Below are positions 9,529 through 20,343 of a stretch of DNA of 52,971 bases, piece by piece. Origin of the DNA: Gammaproteobacteria bacterium (GTDB lineage Bacteria; Pseudomonadota; Gammaproteobacteria; GCA-001735895); contig JBNKUM010000021.1 of NCBI GenBank assembly GCA_050298595.1, positions 1 to 52,971 on the forward strand, written 5' to 3'. The notes below the pieces were generated by a model. The model was not told the DNA's origin. It ran no database searches and saw nothing but the letters and a program-made list of their open reading frames with translations. How positions within the stretch are numbered: position 1 is the first letter of the stretch; every line of letters begins with the position of its first letter. The position numbers and the translations under genes were made by a program.

Positions 9529-10872
9529 TCAACGATCCTTTAACGCCTGAATTAATTTCTGATGGATGCCTTCAAAACCTCCATTACTCATGATCACTAT
9601 CTGATCCCCGTCGCTTGCATAGTGGGTTAGCGAGTTAATGATTTGATCGATATGATGAAATATCTGCATGCGTGAAGGCTGTTCATTAATAAGAGATTGT
9701 ATATTCCATTGTAGCTGACCATTATCAAATAGTAATACTCTGTCGGCTGCGTCAAAAGATGCGCCCAGTGTTTTTTCATGTACCCCCGCCTTCATGGTGT
9801 TAGAACGTGGTTCAAATACTGCTATCAGGCGTCCTTTAGTTTGTTGCTTTAATGCTTCAAGGGTTACTTTAATCGCTGTTGGGTGATGCGCAAAGTCATC
9901 AATAATGCTGATGCCATCAATTTCGGCAATCACTTCCTGGCGTCTTTTAACGCCTTTGTAGGATTGCAGGGCTTCCATACCGACGGTTAGAGGAACTCCA
10001 GCATGTTGCGCAGCGAGTAATGCGGCACAGGCGTTTTGCCGATTGAACAGGCCATGTGGCAAACCTTCCAGCGACCAGTTTTGACCGGACTTTCGATCAT
10101 GGATTATCTGTTTTTGAGATTGTATAGCCAGGTCGGCCAGCTCTAAACCAAAGCTTAAGGTTCCAGACCAGCAGCCCATCTTGAGCACTTGCTGAAGATT
10201 TTCATCCTGCGTGTTATAGATAACCAGGCCATTGCGCGGTACGATGCGCATCAGGTGGTGAAACTGTTTCTTAATTGCCTGCAGGTCTTCGAAGATGTCT
10301 GCGTGATCATATTCCAGATTATTCAGGATTAGCGTGCGTGGCTGGTAATGAACAAACTTGCTGCGCTTGTCGAAAAATGCAGTGTCGTATTCGTCCGCTT
10401 CGATGACAAAAAATGGTGCGTTACCCAGACGTGCCGATTGATTAAAGTTCTGGTTAAGACCTCCAATCAAAAAACCCGGTTGTAGATTGGCGTATTCAAG
10501 AATCCAGGCCAGCATACTACTGGTTGTGGTTTTACCATGTGTGCCTGCGACAGCCAGTACCCAGCGATCTTTGAGTAGATGGTCATGCAGCCATTGCGGT
10601 CCAGAGATGTATGGAAGGCCTCTTTCCAGGATGAGTTCAATCTGCGGGTTGCCACGTGAGATCGCATTGCCGATGACATACAGATCGGCATCCAGATCCA
10701 GGTTGTTTTCCAGATAACCATCGCGTAACGTTATACCTGCCTCGGCCAGCTGTGTGCTCATGGGGGGGTATACATTGGCATCGGAACCGTAAACCTCATG
10801 CCCCAGTTCACGCGCCAGTAAAGCAAGTCCTGCCATAAAGGTGCCACAGATGCCCAGGATATAAATTTTCAT
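9529..10872 (-). CDS. mpl: Murein peptide ligase
   Basis: ILGICGTFM, VAGTHGKTTTSSML, EADEYDTAFFDKRSKF, DDFAHHPT, MSNGGF. Confidence 0.95.
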   Translation of the reverse strand: MKIYILGICGTFMAGLALLARELGHEVYGSDANVYPPMSTQLAEAGITLRDGYLENNLDLDADLYVIGNAISRGNPQIELILERGLPYISGPQWLHDHLLKDRWVLAVAGTHGKTTTSSMLAWILEYANLQPGFLIGGLNQNFNQSARLGNAPFFVIEADEYDTAFFDKRSKFVHYQPRTLILNNLEYDHADIFEDLQAIKKQFHHLMRIVPRNGLVIYNTQDENLQQVLKMGCWSGTLSFGLELADLAIQSQKQIIHDRKSGQNWSLEGLPHGLFNRQNACAALLAAQHAGVPLTVGMEALQSYKGVKRRQEVIAEIDGISIIDDFAHHPTAIKVTLEALKQQTKGRLIAVFEPRSNTMKAGVHEKTLGASFDAADRVLLFDNGQLQWNIQSLINEQPSRMQIFHHIDQIINSLTHYASDGDQIVIMSNGGFEGIHQKLIQALKDR

Positions 10873-11390
10873 AAAAAAACTTTCATTAAAATTATGTAAA
10901 ATAGAAAATAATTAATCGCCATAAACCCGGCCAGCAAGGTATTAATCTGAAATGAGCGTATAAAGATCAGAGAAATAATTGCAAGGTTCCATAGCCGAAA
11001 AATAATGTCTATCTGAAATGCTATTGGGCTAAGCTGATCGGGTGTGGGTGCCGATAGCAGATAAAATATCGGGATGCTGACCAGGCTGACGATCAGGTTA
11101 ATACCAATCAGTGCAGACATGGTTTGTATCAAGCGTTCAGGTTTTTTTACCAGCTTAAGCACGACACTACTTATAGCGTATAAAAGGCCGATTTCAATCA
11201 GGATCTGGCCGGAAATTGAAATCAGACTGCGTTCACTACCCAGTAACGCATAGCCAGCTATCACATAGGCCAGCAGGGTGAGTACAACAGTATAGGGGTT
11301 AAATGGCAGATTGGATGGGGATGATAGAAACAGGCACATTTTTAGATAGTGTTTCAGGCATACCAGCCAAAGTTTTAGTACATGAGACAT
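10869..11390 (-). CDS. Hypothetical multi-pass membrane protein
   Basis: Several hydrophobic segments; overlaps mpl start. Confidence 0.7.
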   Translation of the reverse strand: MSHVLKLWLVCLKHYLKMCLFLSSPSNLPFNPYTVVLTLLAYVIAGYALLGSERSLISISGQILIEIGLLYAISSVVLKLVKKPERLIQTMSALIGINLIVSLVSIPIFYLLSAPTPDQLSPIAFQIDIIFRLWNLAIISLIFIRSFQINTLLAGFMAINYFLFYIILMKVFL

Positions 11391-11400
11391 CGAGTTTTTA

Positions 11401-12045
11401 TTAATTCCTGTTCCAGCTATTAAGAAGACGTTGTATGTCCTGCAGCACCACCTCAGCAGAGGTGTAATTGATGGGAATATTAAAGCGTGAAGTGCCAGAT
11501 TTAAGTACCAGACTGGGGAAGCTGTTCACACCGATATTGCGCACACTGTGTAATTCGGACTCAAAATCCTGCATTAGTTGGGTAGAAAACATACGCTGTC
11601 TGAACTGCGCCAGATCCAGTCCTATGCTAAGCGCAGCTGCGTTGAGGGTTTCCAGGTCAGAAGGGTTTTTGGCCTGCAAATAGTAAGCTTGCTGGATGGC
11701 GGAGGTCATTTCATATTCCATATCTGCCATCTGACGTGCCGCTATGACCGCACGGCAGGCGGCATAGGTAGAGCGACGTGGCGTGTTGAGGGTCCAGAAA
11801 TCAAAGTTGAACTGGGTGCCGGGGATAACATCGCTAATCCGCTTCCAGGTAGCCTGAAGATGATCACGCATCGACTGGGCCATAGGTTCATCGCTATCGG
11901 GCGCCAGGCCACCCACCCAGCTTATCAGGTTAATCTGCTCGGGTAATTGCTGCTTGATCTGGTTCCACACGGGACTAAAGCCCCAGCACCAGCTGCACAT
12001 CGGATCGTGCACGTAATACAGTGTAATTGATGGTGATTCGTGCAT
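11401..12045 (-). CDS. DsbA/FrnE-like thiol-disulfide protein
   Basis: YYVHDPMCSWCWGF, RSTYAACRAV, GVNSFPSL; start moved to Met30 of the listed ORF because the extension is atypical. Confidence 0.8.
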   Translation of the reverse strand: MHESPSITLYYVHDPMCSWCWGFSPVWNQIKQQLPEQINLISWVGGLAPDSDEPMAQSMRDHLQATWKRISDVIPGTQFNFDFWTLNTPRRSTYAACRAVIAARQMADMEYEMTSAIQQAYYLQAKNPSDLETLNAAALSIGLDLAQFRQRMFSTQLMQDFESELHSVRNIGVNSFPSLVLKSGTSRFNIPINYTSAEVVLQDIQRLLNSWNRN

Positions 12046-12180
12046 TCGCAGGGTCTCAGACAGAATTTGCAATATAAAAACCGGATGAGCATGCATGGTC
12101 GGTTGACATAGCACATGACCCATCTGGCTCATTTAGATATACTCACGCGCTAATTTATCCCGATACCTAAGAAGTCATTT

Positions 12181-13098
12181 ATGAGTGAATTATCCGAATA
12201 CGATGTTAGCACCTTTCAGGGTTTGATACAGGCCCTGCAGACATTCTGGTCTGAACAGGGTTGCGTAGTGTTGCAACCACTGGATATGGAAGTTGGCGCG
12301 GGCACCTTTCACCCAGCCACATTCCTGCGATCTATTGGTCCCGAGCCATGGAATGCCGCCTATGTGCAGTCCAGTCGTCGTCCTACTGATGGTCGCTATG
12401 GTGAAAATCCCAACCGCCTGCAGCATTATTTTCAATTTCAGGTTTTACTCAAGCCAAGCCCGGACAATATTCAGGAGCTGTATCTGGATTCATTACGCGC
12501 ATTAGGTTTTGACCCGTTGGTTCATGATATTCGTTTTGTCGAAGATAACTGGGAATCGCCAACGCTGGGCGCCTGGGGGTTGGGCTGGGAAGTTTGGTTG
12601 AATGGTATGGAAGTGACCCAGTTTACCTATTTTCAGCAGGTCGGTGGGCTGGAATGCCGCCCGATACCGGGAGAAATCACCTATGGCCTGGAACGTATTG
12701 CGATGTACGTACAGGGGGTGGAAAGTATCTATGATCTGGTGTGGACACATGGGCCACATGGCGCTGTTACCTATGGCGATATATACCATCAGAATGAGGT
12801 TGAGCAGTCGACTTATAATTTTGAATACGCCAATACCGATGAATTATTCCACTGGTTCGACGTGTGCGAAGCAGAAAGCCAGAAACTGATTGAGGCAGGA
12901 TTACCGCTACCAGCTTACGAGCAGGTGATGAAAGCCTCGCATACGTTTAATCTGCTGGATGCAAGACATGCCATCTCAGTCACCGAACGTCAACGCTTTA
13001 TTCTACGTGTGCGTACGCTGGCTCGAGGTGTGGCCGAAGCTTTTTACCAGTCACGCGAAAGCCTTGGTTTTCCTTTACTTAAGGGAGGTGCAGCATGA
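12181..13098 (+). CDS. glyQ: Glycine-tRNA ligase alpha subunit
   Basis: [44 protein letters not shown]. Confidence 0.99.
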   Translation: MSELSEYDVSTFQGLIQALQTFWSEQGCVVLQPLDMEVGAGTFHPATFLRSIGPEPWNAAYVQSSRRPTDGRYGENPNRLQHYFQFQVLLKPSPDNIQELYLDSLRALGFDPLVHDIRFVEDNWESPTLGAWGLGWEVWLNGMEVTQFTYFQQVGGLECRPIPGEITYGLERIAMYVQGVESIYDLVWTHGPHGAVTYGDIYHQNEVEQSTYNFEYANTDELFHWFDVCEAESQKLIEAGLPLPAYEQVMKASHTFNLLDARHAISVTERQRFILRVRTLARGVAEAFYQSRESLGFPLLKGGAA

Positions 13099-15158
13099 GT
13101 GATTGTCTCATCGAACTGGGTACTGAAGAGCTGCCACCAAAAGCGTTACAGAAACTGTCAAATGCATTTACCGATGGTGTCATCAATGGGTTAAAGGCCG
13201 CAGGGCTTGAAGTGCCAGAGGTAGAATCATTCGCCACCCCAAGACGTCTGGCCATGTTACTGCGCGATGTACCGCTAAAACAGGATGATCAGGTGGTTGA
13301 AAAACGCGGACCTGCGCTTCAGGCGGCTTATGATGCCGAAGGTAATCCTAGTAAGGCATTACAGGGCTTTGCACGCGGTTGCGGGGTTGATGTCTCCGAG
13401 TTACAGCAGAAGCAAACCGATAAGGGCACCTGGCTGTATTTTGAACAGCTACAAAAAGGTCAGAGCATACAGGCGCTGTTACCTGCTATCGTGTCTGAGT
13501 CTTTGGCAAAACTGCCGATTCCCAAACGCATGCGCTGGGGAGATCGGGCCGATGAATTTGTACGTCCGGTACACTGGTTGGTGATGATGCTGGATGACAG
13601 TGTTATCGAAGCCAATATTCTGGGTACCGATGCCGGCTCACAGACCTATGGTCATAGATTCCATGCCCCGCAGGCGATTGCGCTGGCGCAGGCTACGGAT
13701 TATGAACAGCAACTGGAGGCCTCTGCCTATGTAATAGCAAGCTTTGACAGGCGTCGCGCAAAAATCCGCCAGCAGATAGAAACTAGCGCTGAGCAACTGA
13801 GTGGCGTTGTACAGATGGATGAAGATCTGCTGGACGAGGTTACTGCACTGGTAGAATGGCCTGCCGCGATCAGTGGCCGTTTTGATGACGAATTCCTGCA
13901 GGTGCCTGCGGAAGCACTGGTCACGACCATGCAGGATAATCAAAAATATTTTGCGGTATTTGATGCTGAGCAAAAACTGTTGCCACACTTTATCACCATT
14001 TCTAATATCGAAAGCAGTCAGCCGGAAATGGTCTCGCACGGCAACGAGCGCGTCATTCGTCCACGTTTTTCAGATGCCAAATTCTTCTGGGAGCAGGATC
14101 AGAAGGTGACATTATCATCTCGTCTGCAAAGCCTGGAAACGGTGGTTTTCCAGCAGCAGTTGGGCACCATAGCCGAGAAAGTCATTCGAGTACGTGCGCT
14201 AGCGGGTTATCTGGCCGAAAAGCTGTCTGCTGATGTGAGTCAGGCAGAACGTGCAGCCGAGCTGTGTAAATGCGATTTGATGACCGATATGGTTGGAGAA
14301 TTCCCCAAGCTGCAGGGCATCATGGGTAATTACTATGCGCGTCTGGATGGTGAAGCGGGCGAAGTCGCCGATGCCATTGAGCAACATTACTGGCCGCGCT
14401 ATGCAGGCGATAAGCTGCCTCAAGGTGCCGCCGGGCAAATTGTTGCATTGGCCGACCGTATCGATACCATGCTGGGCATTTTTGCCATCGGACAGAAGCC
14501 GACAGGTGTTAAAGATCCCTTTGCTCTAAGGCGCTCAGCACTGGGTATTATCCGTATCCTGATTGAAAAAGAACTGGCGCTGGATATCGCCGATGTCTGC
14601 CGCAAGGCAGCGCAGGGTCTGGCAGATAAACTGGATGCTACGGCTTCGGTAGATGAAGTGGTTGAGTATATCTATGATCGTCTGAAAGCCTATTATCAGG
14701 ATCAGCAGATTCGTTTTGATGTGGTTGAGGCCGTGCTGGCTACTGCGCCTACCGAATTAACCGATTTGAATAATCGAGTTGTAGCGGTGAATGAGTTCCT
14801 ACAGCAGGATGCTGCTGTGGCACTGGCAGCAGCCAATAAACGTATCAGTAATATCCTGCGGAAACAGGAAAAAGCAGTGGCTGAGTCTATTGATGCAGAG
14901 CTGCTTGTTGAAGCGGCAGAGCAAAGTCTGTATCAGCAATTAACACAACTGGAAGCAAAAGCAGCAGCCTTTTTTGCCGAACGTGATTATCTGGCCGGAC
15001 TCAACGCACTGGCTGGATTACGTCCATCGGTGGATGAATTTTTTGATCACGTCATGGTGATGGCGGAGGATGAAAGGCTGAAGCAGAACCGACTGGCACT
15101 GTTGCAGAAACTGTCAGGACAATTCTTACAGGTGGCCGATTTTTCTCGTATCCAGTAG
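13095..15158 (+). CDS. glyS: Glycine-tRNA ligase beta subunit
   Basis: [33 protein letters not shown]; ATGA overlap with glyQ. Confidence 0.99.
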   Translation: MSDCLIELGTEELPPKALQKLSNAFTDGVINGLKAAGLEVPEVESFATPRRLAMLLRDVPLKQDDQVVEKRGPALQAAYDAEGNPSKALQGFARGCGVDVSELQQKQTDKGTWLYFEQLQKGQSIQALLPAIVSESLAKLPIPKRMRWGDRADEFVRPVHWLVMMLDDSVIEANILGTDAGSQTYGHRFHAPQAIALAQATDYEQQLEASAYVIASFDRRRAKIRQQIETSAEQLSGVVQMDEDLLDEVTALVEWPAAISGRFDDEFLQVPAEALVTTMQDNQKYFAVFDAEQKLLPHFITISNIESSQPEMVSHGNERVIRPRFSDAKFFWEQDQKVTLSSRLQSLETVVFQQQLGTIAEKVIRVRALAGYLAEKLSADVSQAERAAELCKCDLMTDMVGEFPKLQGIMGNYYARLDGEAGEVADAIEQHYWPRYAGDKLPQGAAGQIVALADRIDTMLGIFAIGQKPTGVKDPFALRRSALGIIRILIEKELALDIADVCRKAAQGLADKLDATASVDEVVEYIYDRLKAYYQDQQIRFDVVEAVLATAPTELTDLNNRVVAVNEFLQQDAAVALAAANKRISNILRKQEKAVAESIDAELLVEAAEQSLYQQLTQLEAKAAAFFAERDYLAGLNALAGLRPSVDEFFDHVMVMAEDERLKQNRLALLQKLSGQFLQVADFSRIQ

Positions 15159-15167
15159 GCTGTTGCG

Positions 15168-15716
15168 ATGAATAAAATGATAATCCTGGACCGCGATGGT
15201 GTGATTAACCACGATTCGGATGATTACATCAAGTCGCCTGAAGAATGGCTACCGATAAATGGCAGTCTGGAAGCGATCAAACGATTGAAGAAAGCAGGTT
15301 ATCTGGTGACGGTTGCTACCAATCAATCAGGCATTGGACGCGGCATGTTCAGCCTGGAAACTTTGCATGACATACACGAAAAATTTGCCGGATTACTGGC
15401 ACAACGTGGCACTGAGATTGATGGTATTTTCTTCTGCCCACATCGCCCGAATGATAATTGCGTCTGTCGTAAACCCAAGCCCGGTTTGCTATTACAGATT
15501 GCGCAGAAATTTGACATCAATTTAAAGCAAACGATATTTGTCGGTGACAGCTTCAGCGACATACAGGCCGCCCGTATGGCGGGGGCGATACCTGCACTGG
15601 TGCAAACCGGCAAAGGTATACGCACTATAGAAAAACACGGTTTCTTCGAGGATACTCGGATATATACCGATCTTGCACATTTTGTGCGCGAATTATTGAG
15701 AGGAAGCGAGGTTTGA
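15168..15716 (+). CDS. gmhB: D-glycero-D-manno-heptose 1,7-bisphosphate phosphatase
   Basis: LDRDGVIN, TNQSG, CPH..DNCVCRKP, VGDS; canonical position after glyS. Confidence 0.92.
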   Translation: MNKMIILDRDGVINHDSDDYIKSPEEWLPINGSLEAIKRLKKAGYLVTVATNQSGIGRGMFSLETLHDIHEKFAGLLAQRGTEIDGIFFCPHRPNDNCVCRKPKPGLLLQIAQKFDINLKQTIFVGDSFSDIQAARMAGAIPALVQTGKGIRTIEKHGFFEDTRIYTDLAHFVRELLRGSEV

Positions 15717-16474
15717 ACCCTATCTATAAATTCTGGCTGGTTTTACGCAGCAGCCTGTTCTGGTTTGTGTTTTTACCATCGGTGCTGCTGTTATCTATCT
15801 TTCTATCACTCTCCTTTCTTTTTCCCGTCCGCTTTCGAGTGTCGTTGATCAAGCTGTGGATCCGCTTAAACCTGGGCTGGATATGGTTGACCTGCGGCCT
15901 GGGTTACGAGGTTGAAGGGCTGGAAAATATTCCCGAAAAGGGGTTTATCGTGATGAGTAAGCACTCATCAACCTGGGAAACCATAGCTTTGCAGTTATGG
16001 TTTCGTCCTCTGGTGTGGATCGTAAAACGCGAGTTGATCTGGATACCGTTCTTTGGCTGGGGACTAAAGGTTATGAATGCGATTGCGATCAACCGTGGCA
16101 CCGGGCGCCAGGCTATCCGGCAACTGATAGTAGAAGGCCGTAAACGCATGGATGAAGGCCGTATCGTAATGATATTCCCTGAGGGAACACGAGTGATGCC
16201 GGGGCAATACAAACCGTTCAAGCTGGGGGGAGCAATTCTGGCGCAGAAAACTGGCTACTCGATTTTGCCAGTTGCACATAATGCCGGTGAATTCTGGCCT
16301 AGACATAGCTGGATTAAATGGCCAGGCAAGATTAAAGTTGTCATTGGAAAGCCCATTGAGCCCGGAGACAAAAAGCCAGACCAGATTATTGGTGAAGTTG
16401 AGAACTGGATTACTCAAACCGGTGAACGCATCAGTGATAAGGAGCAGTTACGCAAGCTGGGTATTGAAGCCTGA
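15713..16474 (+). CDS. plsC: 1-acyl-sn-glycerol-3-phosphate acyltransferase
   Basis: KHSSTWET, FPEGTR motifs; gmhB-plsC synteny. Confidence 0.88.
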   Translation: MNPIYKFWLVLRSSLFWFVFLPSVLLLSIFLSLSFLFPVRFRVSLIKLWIRLNLGWIWLTCGLGYEVEGLENIPEKGFIVMSKHSSTWETIALQLWFRPLVWIVKRELIWIPFFGWGLKVMNAIAINRGTGRQAIRQLIVEGRKRMDEGRIVMIFPEGTRVMPGQYKPFKLGGAILAQKTGYSILPVAHNAGEFWPRHSWIKWPGKIKVVIGKPIEPGDKKPDQIIGEVENWITQTGERISDKEQLRKLGIEA

Positions 16475-16512
16475 TCCCATGTCAGGTTTATCTGCATAAT
16501 TAAGGAGAGCTG

Positions 16513-17817
16513 ATGAAAAAATTTACTGGATATATCGTTGTACTGATTAGTGGTGTGTTGTTGCTCTCCTGTGGGGGTGGCTCGGATGAAGGTCCTGGCG
16601 ATCAGCAGGTCGGGTTAAACGAATGCGAAACCCCTCGGCAGAATCAGTATGTGCATGAAATATTGAAGGAGTATTATCTCTGGTATCAGCAGGTTGAGCC
16701 GGTCATTGATTACTATGCATTTAACTCTCCCGAAGAGACTCTGGATTACCTTCGTTACCAGAGCCCCGGGCCAGATCGTTTTTCCTATATCACTCAACAA
16801 TCGACCTACGATAGCCTGTTTAACGAAGGGCAGTATCTGGGGTATGGATTTTCATTCGAAACAGATAACAGTGGGCGGGTGTGGGTACGTTTTGTATATG
16901 ATGATGCTCCCGCAGGTTATGCCGGCATGCAACGTGGTGATGAAATCGTTTCTGTAAATGGGCAGGCAGTAAGTAGTATTTCGTCTAGCGCAGAACTGGA
17001 GGCTATCATTGGACAGTCTAATCTTAATATCGTGTTAGGCAAGGCAGATGGTTCTACCTCGTCTATCCATATGCAAAAAACCACGGTAAACATCAATACT
17101 ATACTTCACAGTAGTATCATAGATAACGGAGCGATCAAGACTGGTTATCTGGTTTTCAATAGCTTTCTGGAGACATCAAATGCAGAATTTGAGCAGGTTT
17201 TTGCCGATTTCAAGGCTAAAGGGGTGAACAGGGTAATCCTCGATTTACGCTATAACAGTGGAGGCAGAGTCTCGGTGGCGAATAATCTGGCCAGTTATCT
17301 CAATCAGGTAAGCACTAGCGATAATCTGTTTAATCGACTGGTATTCAACGATAAAAACCAGTCTCAGAATACGAACTATTTCTTACAGCAATTTGCTGAT
17401 GGACTAACTCTTGATAAACTGATTGTCATTACAACAGGGCAAACCTGTTCTGCGAGTGAAATGATTATTAACGGTCTGAATACCTATCTGCCAGTGAAAA
17501 CCGTGGGCAGTACCACTTGTGGAAAGCCAGTAGGAATGAATGGCTTCGGTTTTTGTGGCAAAACCATGCTGCCGATTACCTTTAAAGCGGAAAATCGTAA
17601 CGGCGAGGGAGGGTACTTCGATGGTATTCAAGCTGACTGTACCGCAAGTGACGATATCCATAGCAGTTTTGGTGATACATCAGATCCAATGCTATCAGAA
17701 GCCATATATCTGGCAGAAAACGGCAGCTGTAGCACTTCTCAACGAGCAGCTCGAACTCAATCAACATCTACCTCAAGGGCCAGTGGGACCCTGAGCGAGA
17801 TTATCGGTGCGTATTAG
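16513..17817 (+). CDS. S41-family peptidase lipoprotein with PDZ domain
   Basis: Lipobox LLSC; PAGYAGMQRGD (PDZ); LDLRYNSGG; TCSASEM; TCGKPVG. Confidence 0.88.
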   Translation: MKKFTGYIVVLISGVLLLSCGGGSDEGPGDQQVGLNECETPRQNQYVHEILKEYYLWYQQVEPVIDYYAFNSPEETLDYLRYQSPGPDRFSYITQQSTYDSLFNEGQYLGYGFSFETDNSGRVWVRFVYDDAPAGYAGMQRGDEIVSVNGQAVSSISSSAELEAIIGQSNLNIVLGKADGSTSSIHMQKTTVNINTILHSSIIDNGAIKTGYLVFNSFLETSNAEFEQVFADFKAKGVNRVILDLRYNSGGRVSVANNLASYLNQVSTSDNLFNRLVFNDKNQSQNTNYFLQQFADGLTLDKLIVITTGQTCSASEMIINGLNTYLPVKTVGSTTCGKPVGMNGFGFCGKTMLPITFKAENRNGEGGYFDGIQADCTASDDIHSSFGDTSDPMLSEAIYLAENGSCSTSQRAARTQSTSTSRASGTLSEIIGAY

Positions 17818-18442
17818 CCTATTACTATTGTGTCTGTTTGTAGTCATGCCGGTTAATGCCGCCTGGACCGGCATAGCTGCGTTTGTGATAGATGGCGAGT
17901 CGGACTGGTTGCTGGGAAGCAATGTACTGGAAAACGATTTCACTAAATTTGGCCTGAGAATTGAAGAAAAAACCGAGGTCAATCTTCGTATCGGTGCTAG
18001 TGCCGGGGTGTTTGATCTGAAGTTTCTGGATAAAGCAGCTGTGATGCCGTTTGAAAAGTACGAGGGGCAGTTTCTCTCCTTCTATCTGCGTTGGCCAGAG
18101 CAATTATCTGATTCGATTAGAGTGCATTCGCAGTTTAATTATGAGTACCACATGGGTAATCAAACTGATGACCTTGAGAATGAAATTAACTGGACTGAAA
18201 TATCCCTGGAGCTGGGCATTAGCGCGCAACTGGGGCGTTTTTCCATTCGACCATTTGCTGATTATCGATATGTGGATGGTGATATTACCGGCCCCTCTTC
18301 GGCTCGATTGCTGGAGCTGGATAAACATTACAGTACTGGCCTGATACTAGATTACTTTGTTGAGCAAACTGCGTTTGTGCGTCTGCGCCTTAGTGGTGGT
18401 GCATACCGATCTTTTTTAATCAGTCTGGCTCGAGAGTTTTAG
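17807..18442 (+). CDS. Hypothetical exported protein, probable outer-membrane beta-barrel
   Basis: Signal peptide, alternating amphipathic strands, C-terminal Phe; overlaps S41 gene. Confidence 0.6.
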   Translation: MRISLLLLCLFVVMPVNAAWTGIAAFVIDGESDWLLGSNVLENDFTKFGLRIEEKTEVNLRIGASAGVFDLKFLDKAAVMPFEKYEGQFLSFYLRWPEQLSDSIRVHSQFNYEYHMGNQTDDLENEINWTEISLELGISAQLGRFSIRPFADYRYVDGDITGPSSARLLELDKHYSTGLILDYFVEQTAFVRLRLSGGAYRSFLISLAREF

Positions 18443-18461
18443 TACTGATTAAAATCCAGAC

Positions 18462-18489
18462 TTGACTAGACCGACCGGTCAACTATAAT
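18462..18489 (+). promoter_or_regulatory. Sigma70 promoter of TetR gene with embedded operator
   Basis: TTGACT-N16-TATAAT, 8 nt before ATG; TAGACCGACCGGTCAA between the boxes. Confidence 0.75.
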
Positions 18490-18497
18490 CTCTTGTC

Positions 18498-19100
18498 ATG
18501 AAAGCTACCCTCGACACCCGTCAACGAATCTTAAGCACCGCCCGCGAACTGTTTCATGGCAACAACTACGCAGATATCGGCATTAAGCAAATCTGTGAAG
18601 CCGCCAGGGTTCAAAAAGGCAGCTTTTACCATTTTTTCCCTTCCAAACGTGATCTGGCATTGGCCGTGATCGATGATATGGCGGATGACTGGGCGCACGG
18701 TTTTGTACATGAAGCCTTTGATCAGAATTTACCGCCCATGGAGCGTCTGGATTACCTGATTGATGCAGCCTATTACTGGCAAAAAGCCGCCAAAGATCTC
18801 GAAGGGCGTATGCCGGGCTGTCTGTTCGGTAATCTGGTGCTGGAAGTGAGTACCCGCGATGATGTACTACGAGCCAAGCTGAGCGCGGTATTCGATAAAA
18901 CCAAATCCCGTTTTGAACACACCTTGATCGAGGCAGTTGAAGCAGGTGCTATATCGGCGCTGGATACTGATCTAACTGCAGATGCTATGTTGTCTTATCT
19001 GGAAGGCATGATTTTGCTCGCCAAATCACGCAATGATCCTGATTTAATTCAACATCTGGGGCCTGCGCTTAAAGGTATACGTATTGAGTTAATGAATTAA
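18498..19100 (+). CDS. TetR-family regulator, NemR-like
   Basis: HTH VQKGSFYHFFPSK; GCLFGNL; LEGMILLAK. Confidence 0.9.
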   Translation: MKATLDTRQRILSTARELFHGNNYADIGIKQICEAARVQKGSFYHFFPSKRDLALAVIDDMADDWAHGFVHEAFDQNLPPMERLDYLIDAAYYWQKAAKDLEGRMPGCLFGNLVLEVSTRDDVLRAKLSAVFDKTKSRFEHTLIEAVEAGAISALDTDLTADAMLSYLEGMILLAKSRNDPDLIQHLGPALKGIRIELMN

Positions 19101-19117
19101 AAAAATTTTACCCCATT

Positions 19118-19137
19118 AGTTGACTGACCGGTCAACT
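19118..19137. promoter_or_regulatory. Second operator upstream of tusA
   Basis: AGTTGAC-TGACCG-GTCAACT; shares GACCGGTCAACT with the TetR promoter site. Confidence 0.75.
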
Positions 19138-19163
19138 TTACTTGAGAAAACAGGAGAGACATC

Positions 19164-19397
19164 ATGACAATAGAGATAACTGCAACCTTAGACGCACGTG
19201 GATTGAACTGCCCTTTACCCATTTTGCGTACCAAAAAAACCATTGCTGGATTGAATCAGGGTGATGTACTTGAAGTAGTGTCGACAGATCCCGGTTCGTT
19301 GAAGGATATCGAATCCTTCTGCACTCAGACGGGTAATGAATTGCTGTCATCCAGTCAGGCCGGTAGTGATTTTGTTTTTCAGATTCGTAAACAGTAA
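19164..19397 (+). CDS. tusA: Sulfur carrier protein TusA
   Basis: LDARGLNCPLP, STDPGSLKDI; AGGAG RBS. Confidence 0.9.
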   Translation: MTIEITATLDARGLNCPLPILRTKKTIAGLNQGDVLEVVSTDPGSLKDIESFCTQTGNELLSSSQAGSDFVFQIRKQ

Positions 19398-19407
19398 GGA
19401 GGTCGGT

Positions 19408-19992
19408 ATGAATGCCGTACAGCAATTAGATACTTCGATGGAGAGTTTTAACGAATGGTTTGATCAACGCTTTGAGCAGAAAATGGCTGAGCGCGATTCT
19501 GCGCATACGCACTCTATGAGCATTATTGCAACCAAGGGTACACTGGATATGGCTTACCCACCCTTCATACTGGCTTCGACCGCTTCAGCATTAGGCTGGG
19601 ATGTTTCAATCTTTTTCACCTTTTATGGATTAAACCTGCTCAAGCGTGACCTTGATCTACAGGTTACACCTCTGGGCAACCCGGCCATGCCGATGAAAAT
19701 GCCTAACGGTATGGAAATACCAATCCCGACATCAGTAATGGCATTGATGCCAGGGTTTCAGTCCATGGCTAGCGGTATGATGAAAAAGACTATGGAAAAA
19801 AAAGGTATAGCCACAATTCAGGAGCTGCGAGAATTGTGCATTGAGGCCGAGGTTAAATTGGTCGCCTGTCAGATGACGGTAGATTTGTTTGATTATGGCA
19901 AGGATGAGTTCATCCCTGAGATAGTAGATTGGGTGGGCGCTGCATCCTTTCTACCGATTGCGCAAAAATCTGATGTGAGTTTGTTTATATAA
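19408..19992 (+). CDS. dsrE2: DsrE2/DrsH-like sulfurtransferase
   Basis: TKGTLDMAYPPFILASTA, FFTFYGL, LVACQMT; start moved to ATG 19408 after AAGGAGG. Confidence 0.85.
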   Translation: MNAVQQLDTSMESFNEWFDQRFEQKMAERDSAHTHSMSIIATKGTLDMAYPPFILASTASALGWDVSIFFTFYGLNLLKRDLDLQVTPLGNPAMPMKMPNGMEIPIPTSVMALMPGFQSMASGMMKKTMEKKGIATIQELRELCIEAEVKLVACQMTVDLFDYGKDEFIPEIVDWVGAASFLPIAQKSDVSLFI

Positions 19993-19996
19993 TCAC

Positions 19997-20028
19997 AATG
20001 CCCGTCGAAGCCGATTCGGCGGGCATTT
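19997..20028. terminator. Probable bidirectional terminator
   Basis: AATGCCCGTCGAA-gccga-TTCGGCGGGCATTT between convergent genes. Confidence 0.7.
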
Positions 20029-20343
20029 CTATACAGTGAATTCTTTATAGCGTTCGACGCGCGCGATATGCATCTCGTAACTTGCATACCATTGCCTCAT
20101 GCCTGATTGCTGAGCCAGTTTGTGTTCAGCCTGCTGTTTCCAGTGTTGAATCGATGCCTCATCCTGCCAGAATGAAACCGTAATGCCGTTGTCTTCACGA
20201 GCACTTTCGACGCCCAGAAAGCCCGGCATGGTTTGAGCCAGTTCTACCATGCGTTCAGCGGCCTGCTGGTAGCCTTCGATGTTATCGGTTAGTTTTGAAA
20301 TAAAGATAACGGCATAGTAAGGCGGTTGAAACTTTTCAGGCAT
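20029..20343 (-). CDS. Antibiotic biosynthesis monooxygenase (ABM) family protein
   Basis: PPYYAVIF, MPGFLGVESAR..GITVSFW, EH..AQ..G. Confidence 0.88.
   Translation of the reverse strand: MPEKFQPPYYAVIFISKLTDNIEGYQQAAERMVELAQTMPGFLGVESAREDNGITVSFWQDEASIQHWKQQAEHKLAQQSGMRQWYASYEMHIARVERYKEFTV

Noticed and set aside
12046-12132. Long N-terminus of the DsbA-like ORF
   Set aside because: Lies in the divergent glyQ promoter region; family motif starts after Met at 12045
19336-19407. TTG-start extension of dsrE2
   Set aside because: Overlaps tusA; a strong RBS supports ATG 19408
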